From positions 13,000 through 76,999 of the IMG/VR virus record IMGVR_UViG_3300045973_000169: a stretch of DNA of 64,000 nt; one strand, given 5' to 3'. The position numbers and the translations under genes were made by a program. The DNA comes from a virus. Positions 44,937 to 54,015 of this stretch are shown here, one piece after another (positions within the stretch are counted from its first letter, which is position 1; every line of letters begins with the position of its first letter). Below the pieces are notes generated by a model. The model was not told the origin of the DNA. It did no database searches and saw only the letters and a list, made by a program, of their open reading frames with translations.

Positions 44937-46062
44937 TGTTAACAAATGGTTAACTCAAAATACTATATTTAAAGGTGTGTTAGGGTCTAGGGCTTATGGT
45001 ATCCATAATGCTGATAGTGATTATGACTATAGAGCTGTAGCTATTGCTCCTAAACAATATTATCTTGGATTAGATAATTTTGAACAACAGGAAACTAAAA
45101 ATCCTGATTCGACAGTTTTTGATATACAAAAATTTACAAAACTTGCTTTAGAATGTAATCCTAATATTATTGAGTATTTATTTCTCCATCCAGAGAATAT
45201 TCTTATCAATACTCCTTATTGGGATATATTAGTTGAGAATAGAGATATATTCCTAAGCAAGAGAGCTAAACATAGATATCTAGGATATGCTTATTCTCAA
45301 CTTAAAAGAGTCCAATCTCATAAGCAATGGTTGCTTAATCCTGTAGACCATAAACCTACCCGTGAGGAGTACGGATTGCCTGCTACAGAGTCTTTGAATA
45401 GAGAACTAATAGGACAGATAGAGTTAGTGACTAAAGACTGTTTAAAAGAGAATTTAGACGTTATACTTAATAGTTCTGCAGATGAGTTAACTATTACTGG
45501 ATTAAGAAACTATTTAGAGTTTGATGTAAGAGGTGCTCTTGATGAAGCTTTTGCTGATTTTGTTTATCCTACTATATTTAACTTATTAATTAATAAGATA
45601 GATGTAATGTCAACTCTTGCAATAGATAATTTCTCAGAAGAGATTGTAGCTGTATATACTAAAGAGAAGTCTTATTCTTCTGCTATGAGTAGATGGAAAC
45701 AATACCAGAATTGGGTTGATACAAGAAACCCTGCTAGAGCTGAACTTGAAGCTAAGTTTGGATATGATACAAAACATATAGGACATGTATTTAGGCTCCT
45801 TAAGCAAGGACAAGAAATCCTGTTGGATAAAACATTAACTGTTAAATTAAAACCAGAGGATAAAGAAGAGATTCTTGCTATTAAAGCTGGTAAATTTACA
45901 TATGATGAAATAATAGATTTAGCTTCTATGAGGATGGCTTTCTTTGAAGAGTTATATGAGAGATCTACTCTCCCACATAGTCCAGATTTTAATAAAGCAA
46001 ATACATTGCTAGTAAAAACAATAGAAAAATTTTATGAGGATAAAAATGAAACAAATTGTTAA
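44929..46062 (+). CDS. Pol-beta-superfamily nucleotidyltransferase (377 aa)
   Basis: ATG after gagagaaggtg; GVLGSRAYGIHNADSDYDYRAV equals the G[SG]x9-13 DxD minimal NTase motif. Confidence 0.65.
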   Translation: MSDVNKWLTQNTIFKGVLGSRAYGIHNADSDYDYRAVAIAPKQYYLGLDNFEQQETKNPDSTVFDIQKFTKLALECNPNIIEYLFLHPENILINTPYWDILVENRDIFLSKRAKHRYLGYAYSQLKRVQSHKQWLLNPVDHKPTREEYGLPATESLNRELIGQIELVTKDCLKENLDVILNSSADELTITGLRNYLEFDVRGALDEAFADFVYPTIFNLLINKIDVMSTLAIDNFSEEIVAVYTKEKSYSSAMSRWKQYQNWVDTRNPARAELEAKFGYDTKHIGHVFRLLKQGQEILLDKTLTVKLKPEDKEEILAIKAGKFTYDEIIDLASMRMAFFEELYERSTLPHSPDFNKANTLLVKTIEKFYEDKNETNC

Positions 46063-46345
46063 AAAAATTAAAGAACCATTCGCTGTCATAGAATATGATA
46101 AAAATAAAATTGCTTGTAGTAAAATTTATATTGCTGTAGATAATGTTGGTAATATATATAAGCTTTCTTATGATCATGGAGAAGGACACTGGAATCTATT
46201 AAATAGAGTTGACAATGGTCTTGGAAAGACTAAAAATTGTCCTTCTACTTATGAAGCAATGAAAAATGCTCTTGATGTTGGATATGAAGTGTTTGAATTT
46301 GATAGTCTGTTAGAATTTTCTAAATGGCTTACTAAACAATTTTAA
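46046..46345 (+). CDS. hypothetical protein (99 aa)
   Basis: ATG after tatgaggataaaaATG. Confidence 0.5.
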   Translation: MKQIVKKIKEPFAVIEYDKNKIACSKIYIAVDNVGNIYKLSYDHGEGHWNLLNRVDNGLGKTKNCPSTYEAMKNALDVGYEVFEFDSLLEFSKWLTKQF

Positions 46346-46355
46346 GAGGATAAAA

Positions 46356-46889
46356 ATGAAAGTATATAAAAAAGAAGAATTTATTGCAGCAATGAAAGCA
46401 ACTGCTAAAGAATATATTGATGGAACGCATGCTTGGGATTGTGATACATGTAAACTTTGTTTGGTTGCTGGAGCTAAAGGTCATTCTGACGAATGTAAGG
46501 TTTGTCCTTGGGTAATTATTACAGGGAAAATGTGTTCATCTTATGATAGCGATTCTTTGTCTAGAGCAACTGAATTACTTGATTGGGTTGAAAAGTATAA
46601 AAAAGCCGATATTGCTAATGGGAAGCCTGTTATTGAGCCATTTTCAATTGAAGTACGTTTCGATAATTTTGAAGAAGCAGCTTTCTTACTGAATGTATTT
46701 GGTGAGTCTAATGCTGACTATAGTGGATCAGTTGGGTCACGTATCTATAATACTATTTTTACTGACTTTAAATCTAAAGGTATTAAATTCAGTTACACTG
46801 ATAAGATTTCCCCTTTCTGGGCTGCTAAGAATGGCAACAGAAACTATTGGTCTGATTTTAAGGCTTATATTAAAGAAGAGTATAAATAA
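46356..46889 (+). CDS. Cys-rich paralog family member 4 (177 aa)
   Basis: DCDTCKLCLVAGAKGHSDECKVCPWVIITGKMC; same motif as 12904, 14009 and 16997 but 33 kb away. Confidence 0.6.
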   Translation: MKVYKKEEFIAAMKATAKEYIDGTHAWDCDTCKLCLVAGAKGHSDECKVCPWVIITGKMCSSYDSDSLSRATELLDWVEKYKKADIANGKPVIEPFSIEVRFDNFEEAAFLLNVFGESNADYSGSVGSRIYNTIFTDFKSKGIKFSYTDKISPFWAAKNGNRNYWSDFKAYIKEEYK

Positions 46890-46895
46890 TAGTAT

Positions 46896-46925
46896 GGAGG
46901 GTCAAAAATGGCCCTCCTATTCTTT
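46896..46925 (+). terminator. rho-independent terminator
   Basis: GGAGGG(TC)-AAAAAT-(G)GCCCTCC hairpin followed by TATTCTTT. Confidence 0.55.
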
Positions 46926-47075
46926 AGGAGTAGTTAATGTTACATCTTCACTTAGATAGACAGAAAGTAGTATTAGAGAGCTTGATATATTCTTGTTCTA
47001 ATAAGTCATGTGCTTTCTACAGTCCATTTGCTGTTATTGAATGTGCTGAATGTTATACAAAGAGGAATAAGTCTA

Positions 47076-47261
47076 ATGATGATAATAGAATTGGCACCTG
47101 TTGAGTGTTCTATATGTGGCAATAAGAACTTCTCTTTGTTTAGAACACATCAAGAGTTAATTGATTTTAGATGTATGGAATGTAGAAGTTCTCTTATGGA
47201 TATTGAGAACCATGCTATATTTGAAAATAATATAGAATTAATAAAGAGAGAAATGATATGA
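47076..47261 (+). CDS. zinc-ribbon protein (61 aa)
   Basis: ATG after aagaggaataagtctaATG; CSICGNK...CMECR. Confidence 0.45.
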   Translation: MMIIELAPVECSICGNKNFSLFRTHQELIDFRCMECRSSLMDIENHAIFENNIELIKREMI

Positions 47262-47331
47262 ATAATATACCAGAATTGCAAAACTTATCAGATAGATGTT
47301 CTGAAACTTATACTGTTGATTATGTAAAAAT

Positions 47332-47541
47332 ATGACATTCGAAGAGATAGTAAAAGAAGAACTTGCAATACAAAGACAAATGATTGAATTACTTCTTGAA
47401 GAGAATGTTGCTTTAAATGCTAAAGTGGCAGCTCTAGAAGAAGCTTTAATTGTACATGAAGTCCTTGATAAATCTGAACTTGAGACACTAGAGCAAGCTT
47501 GGTATCAAGATGTTGCCTTAGAAAGAATGGCAATTCAGTAG
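47332..47541 (+). CDS. coiled-coil small protein (69 aa)
   Basis: Heptad pattern LEENVALNAKVAALEEAL. Confidence 0.5.
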   Translation: MTFEEIVKEELAIQRQMIELLLEENVALNAKVAALEEALIVHEVLDKSELETLEQAWYQDVALERMAIQ

Positions 47542-47680
47542 AGAGTTATTAACAAGGACATACAGAGTAGTTCCCTACCCATCACCGCAATAGGAAAGGT
47601 TTACTTAGCTTAAATACCGAGTCAGAAGAGGGACTGATAATAAGCGAAGTAAGTGGTACTATTACAGGAGGCGTTCGTGA

Positions 47681-48232
47681 ATGAGACTAAGAACATTAGT
47701 TATGGTTGTGTTATTTTTGGTAATTAGTATATCGCAGTTAGCATTTAGTGATTATCATCCTACGTTTAGTAAGTATAGCACAGAGGCGTATCAATTAGCT
47801 AGTAAGATTGATACATTAAAAGAAAAGTATCATTTAAAACATAAGAGTTATGAAGACTTATTGGAAACATGTAGTTACATAACAACATATTCACAGTATA
47901 GTAAGTTTGATAAGTATGAAGTTTCAGCTATTGTATTAAAAGAGGCTAAGTTTGACCAATTTGCTTTTAACAAAAATGATGGTGGGATAGGGCTAGGTCA
48001 GATAACAGGTTTAAAAAAAGGTTGGCATGATGATACTTTATTCTGGATGACAGATCCTTGGAATAAAGAACAGAATATTAGAGGAATCTATTTCTTATTA
48101 TCTGACAATTTACACTGTTATAAAACTAAGTTTAATGCTATCAAAAGGTACAATGGTAAGACAGTAAAGAGTAAAAGATATGCAGAGCATATTGGAAAAC
48201 TTAAACAAGAAATAAAAGCAGCAAAAATTTAA
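47681..48232 (+). CDS. secreted lytic transglycosylase (SLT domain) (183 aa)
   Basis: Signal peptide; catalytic-Glu region KEAKFDQFAFNKNDGGIGLGQIT resembles the SLT ES.F...A.S..GA.GLMQ motif. Confidence 0.7.
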   Translation: MRLRTLVMVVLFLVISISQLAFSDYHPTFSKYSTEAYQLASKIDTLKEKYHLKHKSYEDLLETCSYITTYSQYSKFDKYEVSAIVLKEAKFDQFAFNKNDGGIGLGQITGLKKGWHDDTLFWMTDPWNKEQNIRGIYFLLSDNLHCYKTKFNAIKRYNGKTVKSKRYAEHIGKLKQEIKAAKI

Positions 48233-48246
48233 AATCCTTTCCTAGG

Positions 48247-48308
48247 CCCCATCCTGTAACACTATCCCTCAAAAATAGTGTTATGGTTTGGGGTCTAAAT
48301 AATTTTTG
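48247..48308 (+). terminator. rho-independent terminator
   Basis: CCCCA...AACACTAT / ATAGTGTT...TGGGG hairpin followed by TCTAAATAATTTTT. Confidence 0.5.
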
Positions 48309-48317
48309 GAGAAACAA

Positions 48318-48773
48318 ATGTTAAACTTAGATAAAAAGAATTTCTATAATGCAGGTTTAAATAAACAATATACAAAGGTTTATAAAGTTGTAACTGTAAT
48401 TAAAGATGTAATGCTTAGTATGAATGCTCAAAGAGAAAATTATGGTACTATAATCCCTTCTGTAATGAAAATAAAGTATGAGTATGGTAAAGTATCATAT
48501 CCTAAAGTTGGTAAATTGTTCTGTTTCCCTGATTATCAATCAGCAAAAAAATGGTGTGATAAAATGACTGATGGAATAATTATAGTAGGGAAAGGAACTA
48601 ATGTTGAAGAATGTGAGATCTCATATCTTTTAGGAGAAAGAGGATTCAGGCATGTTGAAAGATTTTGGAGTACAAAGAATAAATCAACTATCTCTGAAGC
48701 TATTTGGCACGTCCCTACAAAAACTTATACTTGTGATTCTTTCACTCCACTTAGGAGAGTAATAGGATGCTAA
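48318..48773 (+). CDS. hypothetical protein (151 aa)
   Basis: ATG after tttggagaaacaaATG. Confidence 0.55.
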   Translation: MLNLDKKNFYNAGLNKQYTKVYKVVTVIKDVMLSMNAQRENYGTIIPSVMKIKYEYGKVSYPKVGKLFCFPDYQSAKKWCDKMTDGIIIVGKGTNVEECEISYLLGERGFRHVERFWSTKNKSTISEAIWHVPTKTYTCDSFTPLRRVIGC

Positions 48774-49195
48774 TAGATCAAATCAGAGCAGATAGAATTG
48801 TTGCATTTAAAAACAAAGAAAATATCAAGAAAAACTTACTAGGCTGTCTAATTGGGGATGCCTGTAAGATTGATAAAGAGCCTACTGATGCTTTTGTACT
48901 ATCTATTATTAAGAAGTTTATTGATGGTGCTAAGATTGTAATTGAAAATGCTAAAGATACTGATTATGAGTTCTATCAAGCTAACCAGGAGATTGATATT
49001 CTCGAAACTTATCGTCCTAAACAATTGACTGAAGATGATATTAGGGGTAAAATTTATAGGCTTATAACTGCTGGGTCTATTGAACAGCCTAACCTTCTTA
49101 ATCTTGGTGATATTATGAAATATTTTAAAACTAATTTTGAAGGTCAATATGATGGTGCATTAGTATCTAAATTAGCTAAAAAGATGCTAGTATGA
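48767..49195 (+). CDS. GatB/YqeY-domain protein (142 aa)
   Basis: EIDILETYRPKQLTEDDIRGKI...AGS......LGDIM.....F.GQYDGALVSKL aligns with B. subtilis YqeY (ELDILEVYLPEQLSEEELR...MGKVMG...GKADGSLINKL). Confidence 0.7.
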   Translation: MLIDQIRADRIVAFKNKENIKKNLLGCLIGDACKIDKEPTDAFVLSIIKKFIDGAKIVIENAKDTDYEFYQANQEIDILETYRPKQLTEDDIRGKIYRLITAGSIEQPNLLNLGDIMKYFKTNFEGQYDGALVSKLAKKMLV

Positions 49196-49288
49196 TTTAT
49201 ATAATTGTATGGAATATAGTTCTAACATGTGCTGTTGGAGTACTTCTATATAAGGAACTTACACGAAAAAGTATTGAGGTAGAGTAAT

Positions 49289-49726
49289 ATGTATCCACCA
49301 GATTATAATACTGGTGATGATGATATGGCTCCAGATGATAGAGGTAAAGTAGGAATGGGTGAATTTGCTGATATGGCTATTGATTCTATTATCAATGGCC
49401 CTTATGGTATGTGGTCTCCTAGTTATAATTCGAGATATAATTCAAGCTATAGTAGACCTAAAAAGAGAATTTCATGTAATAAGTGTAATTCTACTATGGT
49501 TTATTGGGAACAACTTTCTAGTGGAAGATGGTGCCTATATGATAGTGTTACTGATAAACCACATGTATGTCGTAAAGGTGATAATAAGAAAGATATAATT
49601 AAACATAGACAAATTTACAGTTGTTTTAATTGTATCTATATTAATCATAAAGATAAGAGTTGTGATGAACATAACTTTATAACTACTTATGATTCTATAT
49701 GTAATGATTATGAAAGTAGTATATGA
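49289..49726 (+). CDS. Cys-rich protein (145 aa)
   Basis: CNKCNST...CRKGD...CFNCIYINHKDKSCDEH. Confidence 0.55.
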   Translation: MYPPDYNTGDDDMAPDDRGKVGMGEFADMAIDSIINGPYGMWSPSYNSRYNSSYSRPKKRISCNKCNSTMVYWEQLSSGRWCLYDSVTDKPHVCRKGDNKKDIIKHRQIYSCFNCIYINHKDKSCDEHNFITTYDSICNDYESSI

Positions 49727-49905
49727 CTGATGGTAAATTTTTTAATCCTTTCTCTATCAAACTTATGCTAATAATAGGGATTGTTTTAACTGTATGTTGG
49801 CTAGCAGAAAGTGAACCTAAGAAGAAAGATCCACAACAGACTATTGTAATAAAAAATTATATATATCCTAAAGATATTGTATACAAAAATGTGAGTACAA
49901 AATGA
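49723..49905 (+). CDS. small membrane protein (60 aa)
   Basis: TM helix. Confidence 0.45.
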   Translation: MTDGKFFNPFSIKLMLIIGIVLTVCWLAESEPKKKDPQQTIVIKNYIYPKDIVYKNVSTK

Positions 49906-50168
49906 AAAATGCTTTTGAAATATATAGTGATGCAGAGAAACTTGAAGAACAACTTAAACCATTTCAATACTTTATGGCTGGATGTGGGATAACTGGTTTT
50001 GCGAGTGCTTTTTTAGCAATAATATGGTCTCCATTTGTTTATGGGGTATTTGGTTTGTTTTTAGCTGGTATTATTGCTGGGTTTCTTGTCCAATACGAAA
50101 ATAAAATTGGGCGATGGAAAAGAGAAGCTATTAGACTCTATGGTAGAGATGAAGAGGAGTATTGGTAA
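49902..50168 (+). CDS. membrane protein (88 aa)
   Basis: Two TM helices. Confidence 0.5.
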   Translation: MKNAFEIYSDAEKLEEQLKPFQYFMAGCGITGFASAFLAIIWSPFVYGVFGLFLAGIIAGFLVQYENKIGRWKREAIRLYGRDEEEYW

Positions 50169-50926
50169 TGCTTGATCTTACTGATAAAAGATCCTTTTAT
50201 AATATATATCCTATTAAGAAGGCTAATGGTAAGATTAGGATTATACATGCTCCTAAAAAAGAACTTAAAGATGAACAGAAAAAGCTTGCAGATGCATTAG
50301 AAAAATGGTATAATCCTCCTGATTGTGTATTCGGTTTTATCAAAGGTAAATCTCCTAAAGACTTAGCTCAACATCATATTAATAAAGATTGGATTGTTAC
50401 TCTCGATATTAAAGATTTCTTTCCAAGTATAACTAAAGCTCTGTTAAAAGAGTTATTAAGATTAGATGACTATTGGATAGAAGTTGCAACTTATGAAGAT
50501 AAACTTATACAAGGTAGTCCAGCGAGTCCTATATTAAGTAATCTTGTAATGCTATGGCAGGATAAGTTCTTTGAAATGTATGCTTTTGTAAATGGGTATA
50601 CTTATAGTAGATATGCAGATGATTTAGTGTTATCAGGGATGGGTAAGCCTAAATGGGATTATATCAATTATATAGAGAGCCATTTAAATGGATTAGGTTT
50701 TAGATTGAATAAATCTAAGATTAAATTTATGTTTAAGAATCAAGAGCAAAGAGTTCTTGGTATTACAGTAAATGATAAGGTTAGTCTAAACCATAAAGTT
50801 AGAAAGAAGCTTAAAAATACGATTAAATATAATCCTATGAGCAATGTATTACAAGGCTATATGGCTTATGTTAATAGTATCAATAAAGATCAATTTAATA
50901 AAATAAAAGAACAAACAAAAGGGTAA
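50168..50926 (+). CDS. reverse transcriptase, retron/group-II-like, thumb-less (252 aa)
   Basis: RT motifs 1 YPIKKANGKIRIIHAP, 2 VFGFIKGKSPKDLAQHH, A LDIKDFFPSI, B-prime IQGSPASPILSNL and C YSRYADDLVLSG; QGxxxSP rather than the DGR-type IGxxxSQ. Confidence 0.85.
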   Translation: MLDLTDKRSFYNIYPIKKANGKIRIIHAPKKELKDEQKKLADALEKWYNPPDCVFGFIKGKSPKDLAQHHINKDWIVTLDIKDFFPSITKALLKELLRLDDYWIEVATYEDKLIQGSPASPILSNLVMLWQDKFFEMYAFVNGYTYSRYADDLVLSGMGKPKWDYINYIESHLNGLGFRLNKSKIKFMFKNQEQRVLGITVNDKVSLNHKVRKKLKNTIKYNPMSNVLQGYMAYVNSINKDQFNKIKEQTKG

Positions 50927-50929
50927 CAA

Positions 50930-51808
50930 ATGGAAGGCAATATTGAACCTATTGGTCTTTATAATCCGGAAATTGTAGATGCTAAACTATTAAAATATAT
51001 CATTCCTAATGGGAATCCAATTGAAACTATCTTTGCTCCCTTTATGGCAAAGATGTTCAAAAAGAGTAATGTAATTATTAAATGTAAGTTAGAAAAATTT
51101 AAAAAGAAATTTAATATTACATCTGACGTATTAGAACCTATGGAAGATATATGGAAGAACTTTGATGTTATAGTAGCTGGTGGGAAACTTATTGACTTTT
51201 GTAATAACAAAACTAAAGAAGAATCTACTAATGACTATGATATGTTTTTTATTTCCTCTACTCCTAATAAACAAGGAGAATATGGAACTAGTATTCATAC
51301 ATACTTAACGAAAGAGTTGAAGTTTAATACTACCGCTACATTAAGTTATGTAACTGAATATATAAATGATAATCAAATTAAACTTCAAACTATAAATAAA
51401 GTATATGTTAATGCTGACCATATTTTAGAAGAGTTTGATATCAGAGCTTGTGCTATCTGTACGGATGGCAAGTATGTCTATTGGGTTAAGGGTGCTATTA
51501 GGGACATTAGAGATAAGCAACTTGTTATATTAAATCCTAAAAATAGTCCTCGTGGGATGCATAGGATAGTTAAATATATACAAAAGGGATATGAACTTAA
51601 ATTGCCAGATATGGCTTTGATAAGTATTAGATTCCTTGATGCTTTCTTTGGTTCGTCAGTACAACCTGATATCCAGCAAGAACTTATTAATAGGAATTTT
51701 TCTATTACTCGTAGTTCTATTAATATGGAAATGTATGATGAAATGGTTAATGGAAATACCCATGAGCTAGGTGATGCTGGTATAGAAGCAGCCACTACAC
51801 CGTTTTAA
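50930..51808 (+). CDS. hypothetical protein with minimal-nucleotidyltransferase-like motif (292 aa)
   Basis: IVAGGKLIDFCNNKTKEESTNDYDMFFI fits hGG x15 DhDhhh of Pol-beta/CD-NTase-like folds; weak, by eye only. Confidence 0.6.
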   Translation: MEGNIEPIGLYNPEIVDAKLLKYIIPNGNPIETIFAPFMAKMFKKSNVIIKCKLEKFKKKFNITSDVLEPMEDIWKNFDVIVAGGKLIDFCNNKTKEESTNDYDMFFISSTPNKQGEYGTSIHTYLTKELKFNTTATLSYVTEYINDNQIKLQTINKVYVNADHILEEFDIRACAICTDGKYVYWVKGAIRDIRDKQLVILNPKNSPRGMHRIVKYIQKGYELKLPDMALISIRFLDAFFGSSVQPDIQQELINRNFSITRSSINMEMYDEMVNGNTHELGDAGIEAATTPF

Positions 51809-51888
51809 ACAATTGAATATTGAGAAAACCCATACTGTGTGGGTATGTTGTAACATGTAGTAAAATAAAACATTAAAAGGAAAAACAA

Positions 51889-52101
51889 ATGGAAAACGTA
51901 AACAGTACAGTAGTAGAGTTCGCAAATGTTGACTTCGTAGCAGAATTGATTGGGGACCTTGATGCAGAGCATGTCCGTGATATGCTTTCTGATACTTACC
52001 AGTTTCTTGAGAATGCAGTTTATACTGAGTCTTATGATCCTGAGCTGGAGCAGAAGCGTATTATCTTCTCTGAGAAACTTGGCGATAAAGGTCAGTTTTA
52101 A
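51889..52101 (+). CDS. acidic small protein (70 aa)
   Basis: RBS aaaggaaaaacaaATG. Confidence 0.5.
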   Translation: MENVNSTVVEFANVDFVAELIGDLDAEHVRDMLSDTYQFLENAVYTESYDPELEQKRIIFSEKLGDKGQF

Positions 52102-52132
52102 TTCTTATTATTACTAAGATTTAATTTTATAT

Positions 52133-52168
52133 AGCGTCTATGATAGAGATATCATAGGCGCTTTTTTA
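52133..52168 (+). terminator. strong rho-independent terminator
   Basis: 12-bp stem AGCGTCTATGAT / ATCATAGGCGCT (one G-U), 6-nt loop, then TTTTTT. Confidence 0.75.
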
Positions 52169-52180
52169 TCTGAGGTTAAT

Positions 52181-52483
52181 ATGGATTATGAAACAAGCAA
52201 TAAGATTGTAGTAGAGATTTTAAAGTTATCTAATGAAGAATCAAAAGTATATGATTTTGCTGAAATAAGTAAGTTTAGTGAATCATTGCCAAAAGAAATA
52301 ACGATTAATAAATTTGTTAATAGTATCCCTGGTATAGATGAAAAGTTAGAAGAATTATTAGATTCTTTATCTGAGTATTATAACTCACAAACTATCTTTA
52401 CTAATCTTGGTGTTATCTTTGGGAAACTTGTTACAAATACAAATTTCGATTATTATAAAGAGATGCAAAATGAACAGATATGA
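52181..52483 (+). CDS. hypothetical acidic protein (100 aa)
   Basis: ORF after terminator; RBS tgaggttaatATG. Confidence 0.55.
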   Translation: MDYETSNKIVVEILKLSNEESKVYDFAEISKFSESLPKEITINKFVNSIPGIDEKLEELLDSLSEYYNSQTIFTNLGVIFGKLVTNTNFDYYKEMQNEQI

Positions 52484-53294
52484 AGTTGGTAATCACTCAA
52501 CAAAAATATGTCAATCTTATATTGTTGCTGGTTTATATAAAAAAGGATTTTTAAAATCTAAAGCATTTACTTTCACTAATAATACAGAGGATCTACAAAA
52601 TAAATTACATCATATAATTAAATCATCTGTAAACAAAGAGATTGATAAAGATTTTAGAGAAGTATTTACTGAAGTTAGATTTTCAAGATGGCAGGGGCTA
52701 AGAGTAAGTTTGCTTTTAACTAATCAATATGGTAAATGGGCTATGTTTAAGGCTAGGTCTAAAGCTATCCTAGATAATGCTGCTATAGGTTTATCTGGAG
52801 TTATGAAATTAACTTTAAATGGTAACCTATTATCGTATGCATTTGATGGTTTAAGTAGTAGTATTAATCCAAGTCAGTATTCCAATAGTACAACTTTAAT
52901 TAATATAAGAGAGACTTTAGATAATGTTATTAGTTGTATTATGTATATTCCATCTAGTATAGCTGAATTTGGTAACCTGGCTAAAGAGATTAATAAGATA
53001 GATATTAATTACAATTATTCTATTAAAGATATTAGAGATATTTTTAATTCATGTCATATTCATTCTACTAGTCAAAGAGGTCCTTTAACTAACTTACAAT
53101 TATCTCTTAATACATTTATTGGGAATGATCTAGATGGACTTGAAGATAGACTTGGTACTATTGTAGATATTGAACCTAAGTATAAAGATTTATTTGTACA
53201 AATGGAAGGTATGAGTTATTATCCTTCTCCAGGACTTGTTGAGCTATTAGAGTATTTAAATGTAACTATAGGAAGATTAAATGGACATCCTTGA
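52470..53294 (+). CDS. hypothetical protein (274 aa)
   Basis: Internal ATG chosen; the track start at 52407 would overlap the previous gene by 77 nt. Confidence 0.55.
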   Translation: MNRYEVGNHSTKICQSYIVAGLYKKGFLKSKAFTFTNNTEDLQNKLHHIIKSSVNKEIDKDFREVFTEVRFSRWQGLRVSLLLTNQYGKWAMFKARSKAILDNAAIGLSGVMKLTLNGNLLSYAFDGLSSSINPSQYSNSTTLINIRETLDNVISCIMYIPSSIAEFGNLAKEINKIDINYNYSIKDIRDIFNSCHIHSTSQRGPLTNLQLSLNTFIGNDLDGLEDRLGTIVDIEPKYKDLFVQMEGMSYYPSPGLVELLEYLNVTIGRLNGHP

Positions 53295-54015
53295 ACTTGA
53301 AGAAACAGAAGAAGTAAAAGTAGACAAAAAGACAAAGCCTATGTTTTCAATAAAGGTTTATGGGAATAATTGTATTGTCGATATTAACAATAATAATGGG
53401 AAAGGTAATACTATAAAGACTGTTAAGTTAGAGTCTTTAGTTAAAGCTTTCCAGAATACAGATACAAAAATTGAATCACCAATTTTACCATTGAATTGTA
53501 TCAGATATCAGGAGCATGGCTCTAATATATCTGTTATCTTATATCATCCGCCTAAGAAGTTCAATGCAACATGTTTTAAAGATGTATTTGAAGATTGTAT
53601 TAGACCAGGGATTGTTATCAAATATATCTTAGGGTATAAGAATGATCCTAACTATGGTAGGTCTTATAATATCCAAGACTCTAGATGTTTTGGAGTGGTA
53701 GATGACTTTGGTTTGTTCTCTAATAAGACTCAGTTATTTGGATTACCGTTTCCTAATATTAGCTCTGAAGGTTGGGTATGTTGGGGCTCTAATAGTATAG
53801 GTGGAGAGATTAGAGCTTTAACTGGATTGTATGTTTATATTGATAGGATTTTTAATAGTCCTTTTAATAGTCATATTTTCCATAATGCTTTACTTAAGAA
53901 CTATGGCATTAATGAGCCTAGAGATTTGTTTAAGTATATCCAAGGAAGAGATAGATTCCCTAATGAATTACTTGAGAATCTAGGTGCTAAGAATTGGACT
54001 TTAGGTAAACTATAA
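53281..54015 (+). CDS. hypothetical protein, possible E2-like (244 aa)
   Basis: LYHPPKKFNATCFKD has HP(N)-x8-Cys spacing like UBC E2 active sites; speculative. Confidence 0.6.
   Translation: MDILELEETEEVKVDKKTKPMFSIKVYGNNCIVDINNNNGKGNTIKTVKLESLVKAFQNTDTKIESPILPLNCIRYQEHGSNISVILYHPPKKFNATCFKDVFEDCIRPGIVIKYILGYKNDPNYGRSYNIQDSRCFGVVDDFGLFSNKTQLFGLPFPNISSEGWVCWGSNSIGGEIRALTGLYVYIDRIFNSPFNSHIFHNALLKNYGINEPRDLFKYIQGRDRFPNELLENLGAKNWTLGKL

Noticed and set aside
50168-50926. Diversity-generating retroelement (DGR) hypothesis for the reverse transcriptase
   Set aside because: Motif B-prime reads QGSPASP (retron/group-II type), not the DGR-specific IGxxxSQ. No template/variable repeat pair is apparent nearby.
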